A stretch of 64,000 nt of DNA from Perkinsela sp. CCAP 1560/9. Taxonomy: Eukaryota; Protista; Euglenozoa: Kinetoplastea. The position numbers were made by a program, and so were the translations under genes. The DNA lies in assembly GCA_965644495.1 (NCBI GenBank), contig CBFFSA010000001.1:2046001-2110000 (forward strand). The letters are read 5' to 3'. This document shows positions 50,356 through 62,400 of the stretch, piece by piece (position 1 is the stretch's first letter; the number at the start of each line of letters is the position of its first letter). The notes under the pieces were generated by a model that was not told the origin of the DNA, ran no database searches, and saw nothing but the letters and a program-made list of their open reading frames with translations.

Positions 50356-50676
50356 ATGCGAGCCTTTTCTCTGCTTTCTCTCCTTGTCGTCGCCATGCTT
50401 GGCTTTCAGTCTACTCGCGTCCAAGCGTTTGACAAATCCATTCGTCGTATCTTTGGGGGTTCCTCCACGGAGGAGACCAAGGAACCGGCTACCACAAAGC
50501 CCGAGCCCGAAACAAAGCCCGAGCCCCCGAAAGAGAAACCCGCGGCACCCACCGCGGAGCCCACAGAGGGTGACGGTGAGAAGTCGGCCGAGTCCTCCGC
50601 CCTCTCGATGCAATGGGGAACGGCCAGCGCGCTGGCTAGCGTAGTTTCGCTCTCTTTGGTCATGCTAGCGGCTTAG
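50356..50676 (+). CDS. small predicted GPI-anchored surface protein, copy 2
   Basis: Differs from 41671-41991 at about 7 of 321 nt (manual comparison). Confidence 0.8.
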   Translation: MRAFSLLSLLVVAMLGFQSTRVQAFDKSIRRIFGGSSTEETKEPATTKPEPETKPEPPKEKPAAPTAEPTEGDGEKSAESSALSMQWGTASALASVVSLSLVMLAA

Positions 50677-51210
50677 ATAGGGTATGGATGCGAAATGGAT
50701 TGGTCTGCTGTTCGAAATATTTTCTTCTTTTACGTCGTGGAATTCATAATTTATGGTACAATAATGGTAGGGCAAAATTTCTTACGAGGCAAGGTTAAAT
50801 GTACATACTGCTACGTATATTCGGGTACGATTAGGTCTGTAGTTGGAAATCATCTTGAGCGCTGCGAAAAATTGGGTCGTCCCAATTTTATATTTTTGTT
50901 GACAGTCGAAAACGCTAATTTACGTCGACCATGTGTAATGTTTCTCTTCTTTATTTCGTACTGTTTTATTTCAGTCTAGAGCATTGTCTTTCATTCAAAT
51001 ATTTTTTAAAATATGTAAATCCGCCCAATAGTACCTGAGATAAAGGACTTTCTACGTGATACACAGCAAAAATTGCCTAGTAAGCAGAAAGTTGTGTTTT
51101 TATGTATGTGTTTTTTTGTTCGCGCTTCTGTTTATTTCATTTTCTGAATCAGAAGATGCTAGCTATGTCTTTGGTATTAGAACACTAAATCTTTTTCTCA
51201 TCTTCTTTTC

Positions 51211-51483
51211 ATGGAAGAACGTTTCTTACGCGCTACAGAATACGTCCGCCAGATACCTCATGGAGTTGATGAACCAAATCAAGAAACTAAGCTTATCTTC
51301 TATGGATTGTACAAACAAGCTACTGAAGGTGATTGTCAGTCAGTTGAGCCATGGGTTATACAAGTAACGGCCCATGCAAAGTGGGAAGCCTGGATGTCTA
51401 AAAAAGGCATGAAATCGTCTGAAGCAAAACAAGAATATGTGAATCTTCTCAAAACAATTGCACCTAAGTTTGAAATAAGATGA
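51211..51483 (+). CDS. ACBP: acyl-CoA-binding protein
   Basis: FYGLYKQATEGDC, AKWEAW...GMKSSEAKQEYV. Confidence 0.93.
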   Translation: MEERFLRATEYVRQIPHGVDEPNQETKLIFYGLYKQATEGDCQSVEPWVIQVTAHAKWEAWMSKKGMKSSEAKQEYVNLLKTIAPKFEIR

Positions 51484-51813
51484 ATAGTGAATTCTTCCTC
51501 TCGATAAAGTTTCTCTTTTGTCCTCGTGTCGCAAATAGTGCCCTGCTATTGTATAAACGTTATAAACCGCTGGCCACTAATATTTTCGTCGAATAAAATA
51601 TTTTTGCCAAGGGTTTTTATGAGCACCATAACTAACCGGAGCCTTATCATTGCCTACTTCTACGCTTCTGACTATTCATGGCCCTTGATAGAACTGAAAA
51701 TATGAATTCTTCTTGAAAAAACGCATATTCATTGTGTTATCACTTTAGATAATACATTGCTGTAAGTTCAGTGTTGTATTTTGTTTTTGAGTTTTCTACA
51801 GTTTAACTTGTAA

Positions 51814-54171
51814 ATGGGCATAAAGCCTGGACAGATCAATCTCCCAGCCGGTCTTCTAGCGAGCGGTGTAACGTGTGAAAGGCATCCAACCTGGTATCCA
51901 CTGGCAGAGAACACGGCTGCTCAGCTGTTTGTGGTTAATTCATTAACGGAAACAAAAGTCCCTTTTTCAACTCGAACAGGCCGAGTTGTGAAGTGGTATA
52001 CTTGTGGACCAACAGTGTATGATAGTGCCCACATGGGTCATGCTCGGGCATACATTACGTTTGACATCCTTCGACGAATCATGGAAGATCACTTTGGATA
52101 CCACGTCAATTATCAAATGAACATCACGGATATAGACGATAAAATTATTAAACGTGCAAGAACAAATTTTCTGCTTTCACAATACTTGGATAAGGTCAAA
52201 ACTTGTGCAAAAGGAGACATTATCAAAGATCTAAAGGATGCCCTAACGTTTAAAGAAACCGCTTTGCACAGTGCAAGAGATGCGCATCTTGCTTCACTTT
52301 CGAAGCTTGCTACTGCGCGCCAGAAGGATGAACACGAGGAAAAAGGTAAAGAAATCGTTCTAAAAATTGATACTTTTTTATTAGTGAAAAAGGAACTGGA
52401 AGACTGTTTTGCTAAAACAGCGAATCAAGAATTGGAAAATGGTGTTTTGGAAAGAATTTTGCAAAAGTGCAAGGATGTACTTGGCGATTGGCTGGATCAT
52501 CAATTAGGATCTACCGTAAATGAGCATTCTATATTCGAAGACCATGGACGAAAATACGAGAGGGAGTTTATGGAGGATCTTGCGTCCTTGCATGTGCGCA
52601 TGCCTGATTACATTTCTCGTGTGACTGAATACGTTCCTCAAATAGTTTCTTTTATCCAAAGGCTAATGAGAAAAGGTTTTGCTTACGTGGGTAATACCTC
52701 GGTCTTTTTCGATCTTGAGGCTTACGAGCAAGCAGGACACGCTTATCCAAAACTGAAGCCCGTATGCGGAACCTCTGATAGAAAAACTTCTAAATACGAA
52801 ATGAATGAAAGTGAAGGAGTTATAACTGATATAGTTGAAGGCGAAAAGAAAAATCCCAATGACTTTGCACTATGGAAATTTAGTAAACCTGGGGAACCCT
52901 ATTGGGATAGTCCTTGGGGTCTTGGTCGTCCAGGCTGGCATATCGAATGTTCTGCTATGGCATCGGACCTTTTCGGTGAAAATTTTGATATTCACGCCGG
53001 AGGCTCGGATTTAAAATTTCCTCATCATGATAATGAGATTGCTCAATCTGAAGCTTACTGGGGGCATCATCAATGGGTGAATTATTTTCTACATGCTGGA
53101 CACTTGCACATCAAAGGATTAAAAATGGCGAAAAGTCTGAAGAATTTTGTTACTATCAAGCAAGCCTTACAGGAACATACCCCCGCAGAGTTACGTATGA
53201 TGTTTCTTCTGCAGACTTGGAATCATCCTATGAATTTCAGTGATCAAACAGTCGCTGAGTCTCGCGAAAAGCTTAGAGTATTGAACAACTTTCTTCGTAC
53301 AGTAGCTGCACTGCAAAGAGAGGATGTATTAAGCCGTATTCAAATTCACGGGGCGGAAGAGCGAGAACTTTATCAAGTAATAACTGAAGCGTCTGAGGCA
53401 ATACACAAAGCCCTTTGTAACAACTTTGACACACCAGAAACTATATCCATTTTAATAGCACTTGTTGCGCGCATGCATACCTATCTGGAAACGAACAAAG
53501 ACGAATTGGTAAATCCACTTTTGTTGCAAAAGGCTTCCCGCACCGTGAGCCGCACTCTTCGGCTGTTTGGTATTCCGCTGGGAGATGAGTTTTTGAATGC
53601 TCCGTCGAAAGGTTATAGTAATAAAGTCGTTGATACTTTAGTTGAGTTTCGTGATCGCATACGTACTGCATGCCTTGGCACAGAGTTGTCGGATAAGATT
53701 CTCGCCGAATGTGACCAACTCAGAGATAATGTTTTGCCTCCACTGGGCATTCGTCTTGATGATAACCCTCATGGGAAAACACAGTGGAAGGAACAGGATC
53801 CAGCAGAGCTAGTATTTGAAATAGAACGTCGCAAAATTGCAGTTCGTGAAACTGCTCTTACAAAATTGCAAAATCGTATTCGAGGCAGAAAAGACGAATT
53901 ACAAAAGTGGCAAAAAGTACTTCTTGAGGATCCTAAGGTCGTCATTAGCGATGAAAAATATGCAACATGGAATGCTGAAGGGATTCCGATATCTACGAAA
54001 GACGGTATAGAACTTAGCAAGTCAGCTATTAAATCATTAAAGAAGGAGCACATGCGTCGAAAAATAGCTCACGAGGAACTGCATCAAAAAGGGGGTGAAG
54101 CATATATTGAAATTTTGAAAAATGATATCGAAAAGCTCGAAGCAAATATTCGAAATCTTGTTCCTATATAG
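51814..54171 (+). CDS. CARS: cysteinyl-tRNA synthetase
   Basis: WYTCGPTVYD, HMGHAR (HIGH), NITDIDDKII, DFALWK, GRPGWHIECS, FPHHDNE, KMAKS (KMSKS). Confidence 0.97.
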   Translation: MGIKPGQINLPAGLLASGVTCERHPTWYPLAENTAAQLFVVNSLTETKVPFSTRTGRVVKWYTCGPTVYDSAHMGHARAYITFDILRRIMEDHFGYHVNYQMNITDIDDKIIKRARTNFLLSQYLDKVKTCAKGDIIKDLKDALTFKETALHSARDAHLASLSKLATARQKDEHEEKGKEIVLKIDTFLLVKKELEDCFAKTANQELENGVLERILQKCKDVLGDWLDHQLGSTVNEHSIFEDHGRKYEREFMEDLASLHVRMPDYISRVTEYVPQIVSFIQRLMRKGFAYVGNTSVFFDLEAYEQAGHAYPKLKPVCGTSDRKTSKYEMNESEGVITDIVEGEKKNPNDFALWKFSKPGEPYWDSPWGLGRPGWHIECSAMASDLFGENFDIHAGGSDLKFPHHDNEIAQSEAYWGHHQWVNYFLHAGHLHIKGLKMAKSLKNFVTIKQALQEHTPAELRMMFLLQTWNHPMNFSDQTVAESREKLRVLNNFLRTVAALQREDVLSRIQIHGAEERELYQVITEASEAIHKALCNNFDTPETISILIALVARMHTYLETNKDELVNPLLLQKASRTVSRTLRLFGIPLGDEFLNAPSKGYSNKVVDTLVEFRDRIRTACLGTELSDKILAECDQLRDNVLPPLGIRLDDNPHGKTQWKEQDPAELVFEIERRKIAVRETALTKLQNRIRGRKDELQKWQKVLLEDPKVVISDEKYATWNAEGIPISTKDGIELSKSAIKSLKKEHMRRKIAHEELHQKGGEAYIEILKNDIEKLEANIRNLVPI

Positions 54172-54640
54172 CTTTTGCATATGACCAATTACGTCATGGA
54201 GGAATGAGAAAGAGCTACTGAAACTTGTCTACTGAACTGAGAAAATATTTATCATTTCAATAGTTCGTTGACTCTCTTTTTTGTCGAATTGCTTTGCTGC
54301 ATATTTACGCTTTTTTTGCTAAAATGTGGCCGTTGCCTTGTCTTGTTACACCCTTTCAATTTGTTATGCGCTTTAAATTATCGCTACTTTTGTTTTTATT
54401 AAGAATTAGAATTGTTCGGATTTAGCGTGTTCTTTTCGTTTACCTATCGGGTAAGAATATCTTGAAACTACTATAACTTTTCGAGTTTTTCTTGCGGTCG
54501 TGAAGGTGAAATTTCTATCTCACTTACTGAGTTTCCAAGTGACTGCGTGTTTGCGTTCTACGTCAAATACAAATTTAGGTTTTCGTTGAAAGTACATCGT
54601 ACATACATTTTATGTTTAGAAGCGTACTTACTACTTTAGT

Positions 54641-55321
54641 ATGAACAATGCCATCAAAGTTGCAAGACAAAGTATACTTTGCTACCCTCATGCGCGTCTT
54701 CTTGCTCCAGCCCGTGTTGTCGGATGCGACGAGTTTCCTAAAAGTTTATTCGTCTCTCGACTTCGAAAGCTTCGCGAAAATCTAGAAATTCTGCAAGGCT
54801 TTTCAATTGCTGGTCCTCAGATGAATGTAGATGCTCGTATCATTCTTTTGCGTAAGTTTTCTGGAGTTTTGAAAGGCGGTACGTACACCTACGATGTACT
54901 TGTAAACCCTGAAATAAAATATGCTAGCGACGAGAAAGTTGGTATGTGGGAGGCATGTATGAGTCTTGATGCGCTTCTGTTCTGGGTACTACGTTCTCGT
55001 TGCGTTGAAGTTTCTTGTTTAAACGAATACGGGGAACAAGCACACCACTCCCTACAAGGCTTTCGTTCTATACTCTTTCAACATGAGTATTCGCACCTAC
55101 AGGGAAAGAGCACCATGGATGAAATAGAAAACCGTGATTACGCGACAACTCGGCTAGCCTCACTACAAAAAAAAGCATGGCCCCGAAATTTTCCTTCATT
55201 TGAAGCTTTTACCACACCACTGTATGCCTTGTTTGATTTTACGTTACATGAAGTCGTCCCGATACCAGAATTGGAGAATGTACGATGTGCTTTTAAACAG
55301 CTTGAAAAGCACGATTTTTAA
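54641..55321 (+). CDS. peptide deformylase (organellar, divergent)
   Basis: GFSIAGPQ (motif 1), VNPEI, EACMS (motif 2), QHEYSHL.G (motif 3). Confidence 0.85.
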   Translation: MNNAIKVARQSILCYPHARLLAPARVVGCDEFPKSLFVSRLRKLRENLEILQGFSIAGPQMNVDARIILLRKFSGVLKGGTYTYDVLVNPEIKYASDEKVGMWEACMSLDALLFWVLRSRCVEVSCLNEYGEQAHHSLQGFRSILFQHEYSHLQGKSTMDEIENRDYATTRLASLQKKAWPRNFPSFEAFTTPLYALFDFTLHEVVPIPELENVRCAFKQLEKHDF

Positions 55322-55481
55322 AAATAGTTTTGAGTCTATTCTCCCCTTGAATTCATCATGCGCACGACTGTTTATGGTACATAGATTATAGTACATAAGG
55401 ATTGTACATACAATCCTTGGATTGTACAATCCAGCTTGTGGCTTCCCATCAGGCTCCAGTGCACTGTAAGAGCTTTTGACC

Positions 55482-55544
55482 CAGAGGTCCGCAAAACTAC
55501 AAAAACTATTTTATAGTACTATTATAGAACTGTAAACTTTGAAG
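55482..55544 (+). mobile_element. truncated left end of the hAT-like element family
   Basis: CAGAGGTCCGCAAAACTACAAAAACTATTTTATAGTACTATTATAG is nearly identical to 43589 onward. Confidence 0.75.
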
Positions 55545-55930
55545 AAGTTAGTTTTTACAGTGCCTTAAACTTTGAAGCGCTATAAGGACTTCTCCACTAG
55601 AGAACGGTTTACATCCGGTCCAGACATTTATTCTATATCTAGGAAGAGATTCTTCTAATCGTGAGCTTCGAGCGGCACAAAAACCCACCGCATTCAGTTC
55701 GCAAGGTAGGAAAGGCAATAAACAAGTACTAACAAATTTAAGAAAACAAGGTTGAAATATAAAATTAATGAGCAGAAATAGAATTCATAACAGAAAAATG
55801 AATAAACAAAAGTTCAGATAAAAGTTCTATCAGAAATGAGAAAAGTACGAATATTAGTTCAGTTTCACCAAATTATTTTATAATTGATTTCAATATTCAC
55901 TTCCTCACTTTAACAAATTGCAATCAGCCA

Positions 55931-57229
55931 ATGTTACGGGTACTGCCTAGTCTCTTTCACCGAAAGTCGCATTCAATTTCCTTCAAGACAGCATTGCGCA
56001 CTACCAATCAAAGAATAGTTGAATCGAACTTTGTAACTGGTCGCACAAACTTATTGACTAATGTGCTTGCTCTTTGGAACGTAAAAGCAGATAAAAACAC
56101 GAACACGGAAGGCGGAATCTCGAATACTGAAACCGGGGAAAAAGATGAAAATGAGTCAACTGCAATTATGAAGAGTCAGAAAAAAAGATTATATATCTTA
56201 GCGACGACTAAATCAAAAGCGAATTTTGAAACCTCGCCACCACCCCAACATCTAAACCCATTCTATCAACGTATATTGTCAGAATATCAGACGAATTCGC
56301 ATTGCCGTATTTTGGGTTTTCCTTACGTGCACGCTAGGTCCTACCGTAAATGGATTTATGTTCGTACTCCAAAAGGACTTTGCATGATGCTGCGCTTTCG
56401 TATGACCGGTTGTCGTAAGGACTTCGTATGGACTAGCCAAAAATACTGGAAATATGTTCCTCCTACGCGGCGGAATGCTTTTCACAAGTTATTTCGACGG
56501 TTTCAGGAGCTGAAAAAATCGAACAAATCAGCGGAAGAATCTTTGCACGAGCTCCTTCAGCACAAATACGATTATTTTCCTGATGCGGAAATCAACAGCA
56601 TGAGAAAAGTAATTTGTAACTCCCCGAAAATGCGAGGAACAAATGAGATGCTAAAAGATCTTTCGACGCAGAAATCACAAGGCAATGGACCTACAGTTTC
56701 TTTAAAACCATCGACAATGTACGCTTATCTATCACGTATTCGCTGCACTCCTGCCTTGCATTATGGCAGAGCACTTCGGGCAATTGTTCGTACCTGTTAT
56801 CGAGACATTTTTCCTGCCAGCTACGATGCGTTGCTTCAAACACTTGAAGACCCGCTCATGGAAAATCGATGCGGAAAAGGTACTCTGACGACAAAATCTC
56901 TCAACTCAACAAGCAATAGCACGAAAAAGAATCTAGTTAAAGAAGTACCAAAGATACCTTTACCAAACCTTTCCAGAAAACATGCATTTTTTCATGTAAA
57001 ATTTTCACATTTTACTCCAGAATTCGTACGTGACATTGCTGTTTGGCTCATTAAAAATAACGACACCACGCACCCACCCGATGAGAAAAACATGCCATAT
57101 GGGTTAACTTACAGCTCGTTAGCGAAAAGTGGGAAAGACGAAGTGCATCGCTCGTTTATTCGTGAGCGCAATTTTGCTCTAGAAACTTTGTATTGCATAA
57201 AACTCCAGAACTTAGAAAATAAAGCGTAG
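55931..57229 (+). CDS. hypothetical basic protein with possible mitochondrial presequence
   Basis: 432-aa ORF starting MLRVLPSLFHRK; no domain recognised. Confidence 0.65.
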   Translation: MLRVLPSLFHRKSHSISFKTALRTTNQRIVESNFVTGRTNLLTNVLALWNVKADKNTNTEGGISNTETGEKDENESTAIMKSQKKRLYILATTKSKANFETSPPPQHLNPFYQRILSEYQTNSHCRILGFPYVHARSYRKWIYVRTPKGLCMMLRFRMTGCRKDFVWTSQKYWKYVPPTRRNAFHKLFRRFQELKKSNKSAEESLHELLQHKYDYFPDAEINSMRKVICNSPKMRGTNEMLKDLSTQKSQGNGPTVSLKPSTMYAYLSRIRCTPALHYGRALRAIVRTCYRDIFPASYDALLQTLEDPLMENRCGKGTLTTKSLNSTSNSTKKNLVKEVPKIPLPNLSRKHAFFHVKFSHFTPEFVRDIAVWLIKNNDTTHPPDEKNMPYGLTYSSLAKSGKDEVHRSFIRERNFALETLYCIKLQNLENKA

Positions 57230-57898
57230 TGTGTGTATGTGTGTGTGTCTTCCACGCTGAGAAAAGTATGAGACGTTTAGAAAAGATCGGAATACAAAGT
57301 ATAGCACACAGCTAAAGATTCAGAATTATTTTATGAGATCCTATTATGGAAAAGACAGTTGCTACACATACTTGAATTCAAAAACTGGTTTTTTACGAAT
57401 TATCTTTTTGATGGGCCTGATATTTCTAGTCATTTTTAGAGACAGATATTGCAATTTTCTGGTTATTTGTTTGTAATTTGGTCTATTGATATTTTTGTTA
57501 CATTGTTATAACAATTTTATAATAAAGCATCTGCTAAATTCCTTATTCAACTCCCATACACAAGGCAAACTACGTTTCATAAAATTGATCTTTGAGAAGT
57601 GTTTCGAACATTCATCCAATCGCTTTGGTACACCTTTTTTATATCTCTTTCTTCACACCAGGCTCCTAACAACAACAGCAAACTCAACTCTACCCTTCCT
57701 TATACAACCTTCATTCTCCTCTTTTCTTCCCTTTTCCCTTCCTCACCCCCTCCCCTCTTTCCCCCCCCCACTCCCCCTACCCCTCCCCCTACCCTCCTTT
57801 CTTTATTTTCCTCTACCAAAACCAAAAAAAAATTTCACAAACCCTATCCCCCTTTACTCCTCTATCTCCCCTCTATCTCTTCCCCCCCCCTCCCCCAT

Positions 57899-59184
57899 AT
57901 GAACACCGTAAAATCCCTCTCCCATCTCCTCGGCCTGGTCGCCCCCCCTACCCCTACCAACACGACCCCCACCCCCCACACCCTCCCCCCCTCCCCCCCC
58001 TCCTCCCCCCCTCCCCCCTCTCCCGTCTCCTCTCCCCCCACACCCCCCTCCCCCTCCGTCACCACATCACCGTCGCGCGGTGGCACACCGACACCCGACC
58101 CCCGCTCCATCTCGTGCTCCTCCCCCCGCTGTACGCCACAGGGGGGGGGTTCTACGGGGGGGTGGGCGCAGCGGCGTGTGGGATGCCCGCAGCGGGGGGA
58201 GGGGGGGGAGGGGGGATAGGGGGGGTCGTGAGCCCGCGGTACCCTCTCCATCTCCACGCGGTGGATGTGCGGGATCATGGGATGACGGGGGATGGGGGGG
58301 TAAAGGGGGTGGGGGAGGAAACGGGGGTTTCGTCGTCTTCGTCTTCGTCTTCGTCTTGTTCTACTTCTGGTTTTAGTGTCGCAGCGGCGTGTGTGGATGT
58401 GTTGGGTTTTCTGTCGGGTCCAGTGTTTGGGGGTTCGCCGGTGTATTTGGTGGGGTATGGTGTGGGTGGGGTGATTGCGTCGGCGGTGGCGATGGCTGCT
58501 CCGCATGGGGTGCGAGGGGTGACGGTGATCAATGCGAATGTGGTGCGCCCGGGGAGTGTGGGGCTCTCGCCGGCGGCGAAATATTTTCTGAGGTTGGGGA
58601 GAAAGGAGGGGGAGGTGGCGGAAATGCTGGCCGGGGGAAGCGTTCCTTCGTCAGATGAGTTGAATGCTCAAGCGGATAAAAGATTGAAAGAGTGTGGGAG
58701 TTTTGATAAAATGAATGAGGAATTGCGTGAAGTATTTCCGGATCGGAAAGAGCGTATGGTAATGTTGTCCAATATTAAGGAAACAAACGGGGAGTTGGCG
58801 TGGAAGATGAATGTTGGAAATATTACAAGATTCGCCGTAACAGACTTTTTAGCTAATGAAAAGTCGGGAGAGGGGACACGTACTACAGAAAATGGCAAGA
58901 AAATTGATGATGAACTATCGGTGGGATCATTGCTACTGAACGCTTCAAAAAAGAGCAATGTGCCTTTCCATTGGATACGAGATCAAGATGGGGGCTTTGA
59001 GTCTCGCAATGCGCTGCAAAACTTTTTTTCTGATGCAAAAGCTGAAGATTGGACCAATTTTGGAGGTGCTGACGCAACGCATCGTCTTTTACTCCCACGC
59101 GCAGCCGATGTTTTGCATTCTGTCCTGAACCGCTTTGATTTGCTGAGTGTAGAGGAAAAGGATGACGATGTCGTAGACAAATAG
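57899..59184 (+). CDS. alpha/beta-hydrolase fold protein, ABHD11/YbfF-like (5' end unresolved in C-homopolymers)
   Basis: VDVRDHG (cf. DxRNHG), VYLVGYGVGG nucleophile elbow, NIKETNGELAWKMNV; the frame is open from ~57670 without ATG, and the nearest upstream ATG (57899) is out of frame. Confidence 0.6.
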
Positions 59185-59413
59185 TAATTTCCATCACCAA
59201 GTGAGGGTGTATATTCTTTGGATAGAAATATGGCTAACATTCTATGGGATAGACTTTCTACGGATAAGTCTCAAAGGATTTTCTATTCGGAATTATAGAC
59301 TACGTACATGTATATTTGTACGTTCTCTGAGTCCTGAAATATAATTTACACAATGTATGCACTGCGTTCTCTTCTTGTTTATCTTATCTTTTGAAGATCT
59401 TTGTTTCACTAAA

Positions 59414-62400
59414 ATGGCCGCGTCTCCAAACGAAGTGGAAGAATTAAGTCATTGTATTTCGAATTGGAAAGAACGGTATCTTACACAGCTGAGAGAATTT
59501 GCCAGCGGGGCCGCGCTTAGTTCCTTGGTTGAAACAGATTATGAAGAGAGCTTGCCCCAGCACATTCGAGTCTACTGGCCCATCATTCCTTTTGAAAAGA
59601 ATCCGGTGGTTCAAAGCGCGGTTGAGCTGTGTCTGCGCACCACTCCAAGAGTGCAGCAAGTGTCCTTCGGCGTGGCCTTTGCCTCAGGGACTTTGTTGAC
59701 TGAGATAAGCTCACCTAAGGCCATGCAGTTTGTCTCAGAAGATGCCGCAGGTTCTTTATTTTCTTCTCTTGCTGGCATAACGAAGGCTCGGCAACGTATT
59801 TTTCGCTCTCAAGTTTGGTCTGCCGTTCTTCTACGAGTCATGGCCGAACAGTCATCTGCAGCGGACGAATTCCTTGGCACTATTTTTCAGAACACTCTTT
59901 TAGGACTTCCTTTCAAAATCAACGAGAGTTCTCCCTCCTCTGGAAACAGAGCCAACTCAATGGATGAATTTTTGACTTCAAATCTGACGATTTCGGATGG
60001 GGCTGCGGACAGAGGGGAGCACTTTCTCGTTCGACTACAGTCCAACGTTGCCTTTGATGCCACATTACACCTTTTAAAGGTGATGCACAGCACCGCCCCC
60101 AAAAATATCCGCCTTAACCTTTTGTTTTCTCGTCTTGAGGAATCCTTAGTTGAGTTGTACAACAAGCACTCCCCTACGGGGAATAAAATTCCCATCGTTC
60201 AACTAAAAAGGCTGCTTACCGTAAAAACACACTTACTCCCTTCGCTACGTCTTCCTACATTACAGCGCGTCGTAGAAGAGGACCTCCAAAAATCACTACG
60301 AAAACTGCGCCGTCTGCATCCGCAAGAGAGTCGCCATGCCCATCGTACACCTCACTTTTACGAATCCGAGCTCCAATCCTGTGTCTTAGCATTAGGCCAG
60401 CACACGTTGGATCACGACTCTATTCTATTGCTTTCACCCCTCTTTCTTAAACATCGTGTAAAGGCTCACATCGCACGAAGCTTTCTCCAAGGTGCTCTGT
60501 TTGAGGCGATTCACGCTCGGGCGTCACGGATGACCACTACGGAGGCCAAGTGGTTGGGTTCCATGCTCCTCTACCATGCATGTCAGGGTGGAAGTAGTCT
60601 CCGAGAGACAGCCTACGTATGCTTACGCGATCTGGCCTGTCTGATCTCATCACGCGATTCTACCCTCGAGGATGGCGCCGCACTTGATACTTCCACTTCC
60701 TCGCACTTGTTTCATTTTCTAGGACCACGGCTGTTTAAAACACCTGAAGGAGTGGCGTTGCTGACACGAGCCCTGGCTGATGGTTCCGTGGATGGACGTA
60801 TGCTCTCTTCAGTGACTCAAGCGCTAACCGCAAAAGAGTGGAGAGCGCTCATTTGGGATGCAATTTATGAAGGGAAAGGGCGGTCGCTGCATTTCTTGCA
60901 AAAATTTTATCGATCTACCGCTTGTCCTCAAGACGTTATTCCACTCTTAGAATCAGAAGATGGCGATTTTGTCTCAAATTGGGTGAATGAAATCAAGGAA
61001 CGATTGTTTGACGAGGATGTTGAGTTGTCGCGAGGTGTAGAATCAGCTCATAGCATTCTTCTCGGATGTGTCCACAGTGTCTCTTTTGCATCCGCAGCAC
61101 TAGGCACTTTGTTTACTGTACAAAACTCTGATCTGATGAAAACCTACCTGAGCAATCTCTCTGACTTTATGCTGAACGGAATACGTCAGTGTCGCTCTGC
61201 AGGTATTGTTCAAATATTTTTGGACCTTGTTTTCGCTTCTATATTTCGCACAACTCTGCAAAAGCAGATTACGTGGACGCGGTTCTTAACCAATATAATA
61301 ATAAACAGCGAATGTGCTACTGAGCAGTGCGTTGCGGCAATAGGAACCTTGATGAGCGAGCAGGCACTGAGCAGCGAAGTATGTTCTTCGCTGGATGTGT
61401 ATCAATGTGTGCTTCAGCTTTTGAGTACGCCATCAGTCGGTCCACATGTGCAGCTTTTCCACGCTCTACGTGGTAGCACACAAGACGCAGACATGCGCCC
61501 TCTTCTTGGTCTCGCGTTCACCTACTGCGTTCCACGGATGGGAATGGATTATTTATCCGTGTACGCAGATAAAATCTTTGAAGGCTTGTCTCTTCCCACT
61601 ATCACGCGGGTCTCCAAGGCTCAAGACACTTTGAATAGTTTAGGTTCTTATGGTATGGACCCCAATGCCATGGGAACCTTCTTTGTTTGGTTTGAAAAAC
61701 ACTTGGCAAAAATTAATGAAAGGGAATCAACTGCATCCAATGCGTGGATCGTGTCAATTCGTGATGCCAGCAATGCATGGGCGCAGTGTTGCATTGCCGC
61801 TTCAATATATCGCCCTAATTTGCGTACTTCTCTTGTACAATTGATGCGACGGGAGCTTACGGAAGCCCACAGCCACATTGATCAAAAACCTGATGCATAC
61901 GCCTGTATGGCCTACGTGACATGCCAAATATTTATCCAGCTTTTTCTATTCGTACGCAGGAGCCAGCCCGCACGCCTCGATTTACCCCTGCAGGAAGACA
62001 TACAGGAAATTCTTTACATTTTGCACAATCATCAAGGTTCATTAGAGCAACTCCCCACTCCGCATAGTGCACGCAGCGCACTTCTTTCTCGAGGAACTCT
62101 GTCCATTCTGGAGAGCCTTATAGATACGGATGACACGGTGGACGTGGCCGATTCCGTGTCCAGCGCTTCGATCATTGCAACGGAAATTTTAGCCAACGTC
62201 GAGAGAGGCACTCATTCTGACTATTGGATGGTTGAGCACTACGGGTCCATGGCTGAACGAATTAAGAGCAAACAGTATTCAATTGAGACCGAAAAAGAAA
62301 CAGATGCTTCTTTATCAGGCGAGAAACGGAGTCTCTCCACGAATGCGCAAGAGCTGTTTCAATTTGATCCCAGAGCCACACGTGTGTTTCCCTCCCCCCG

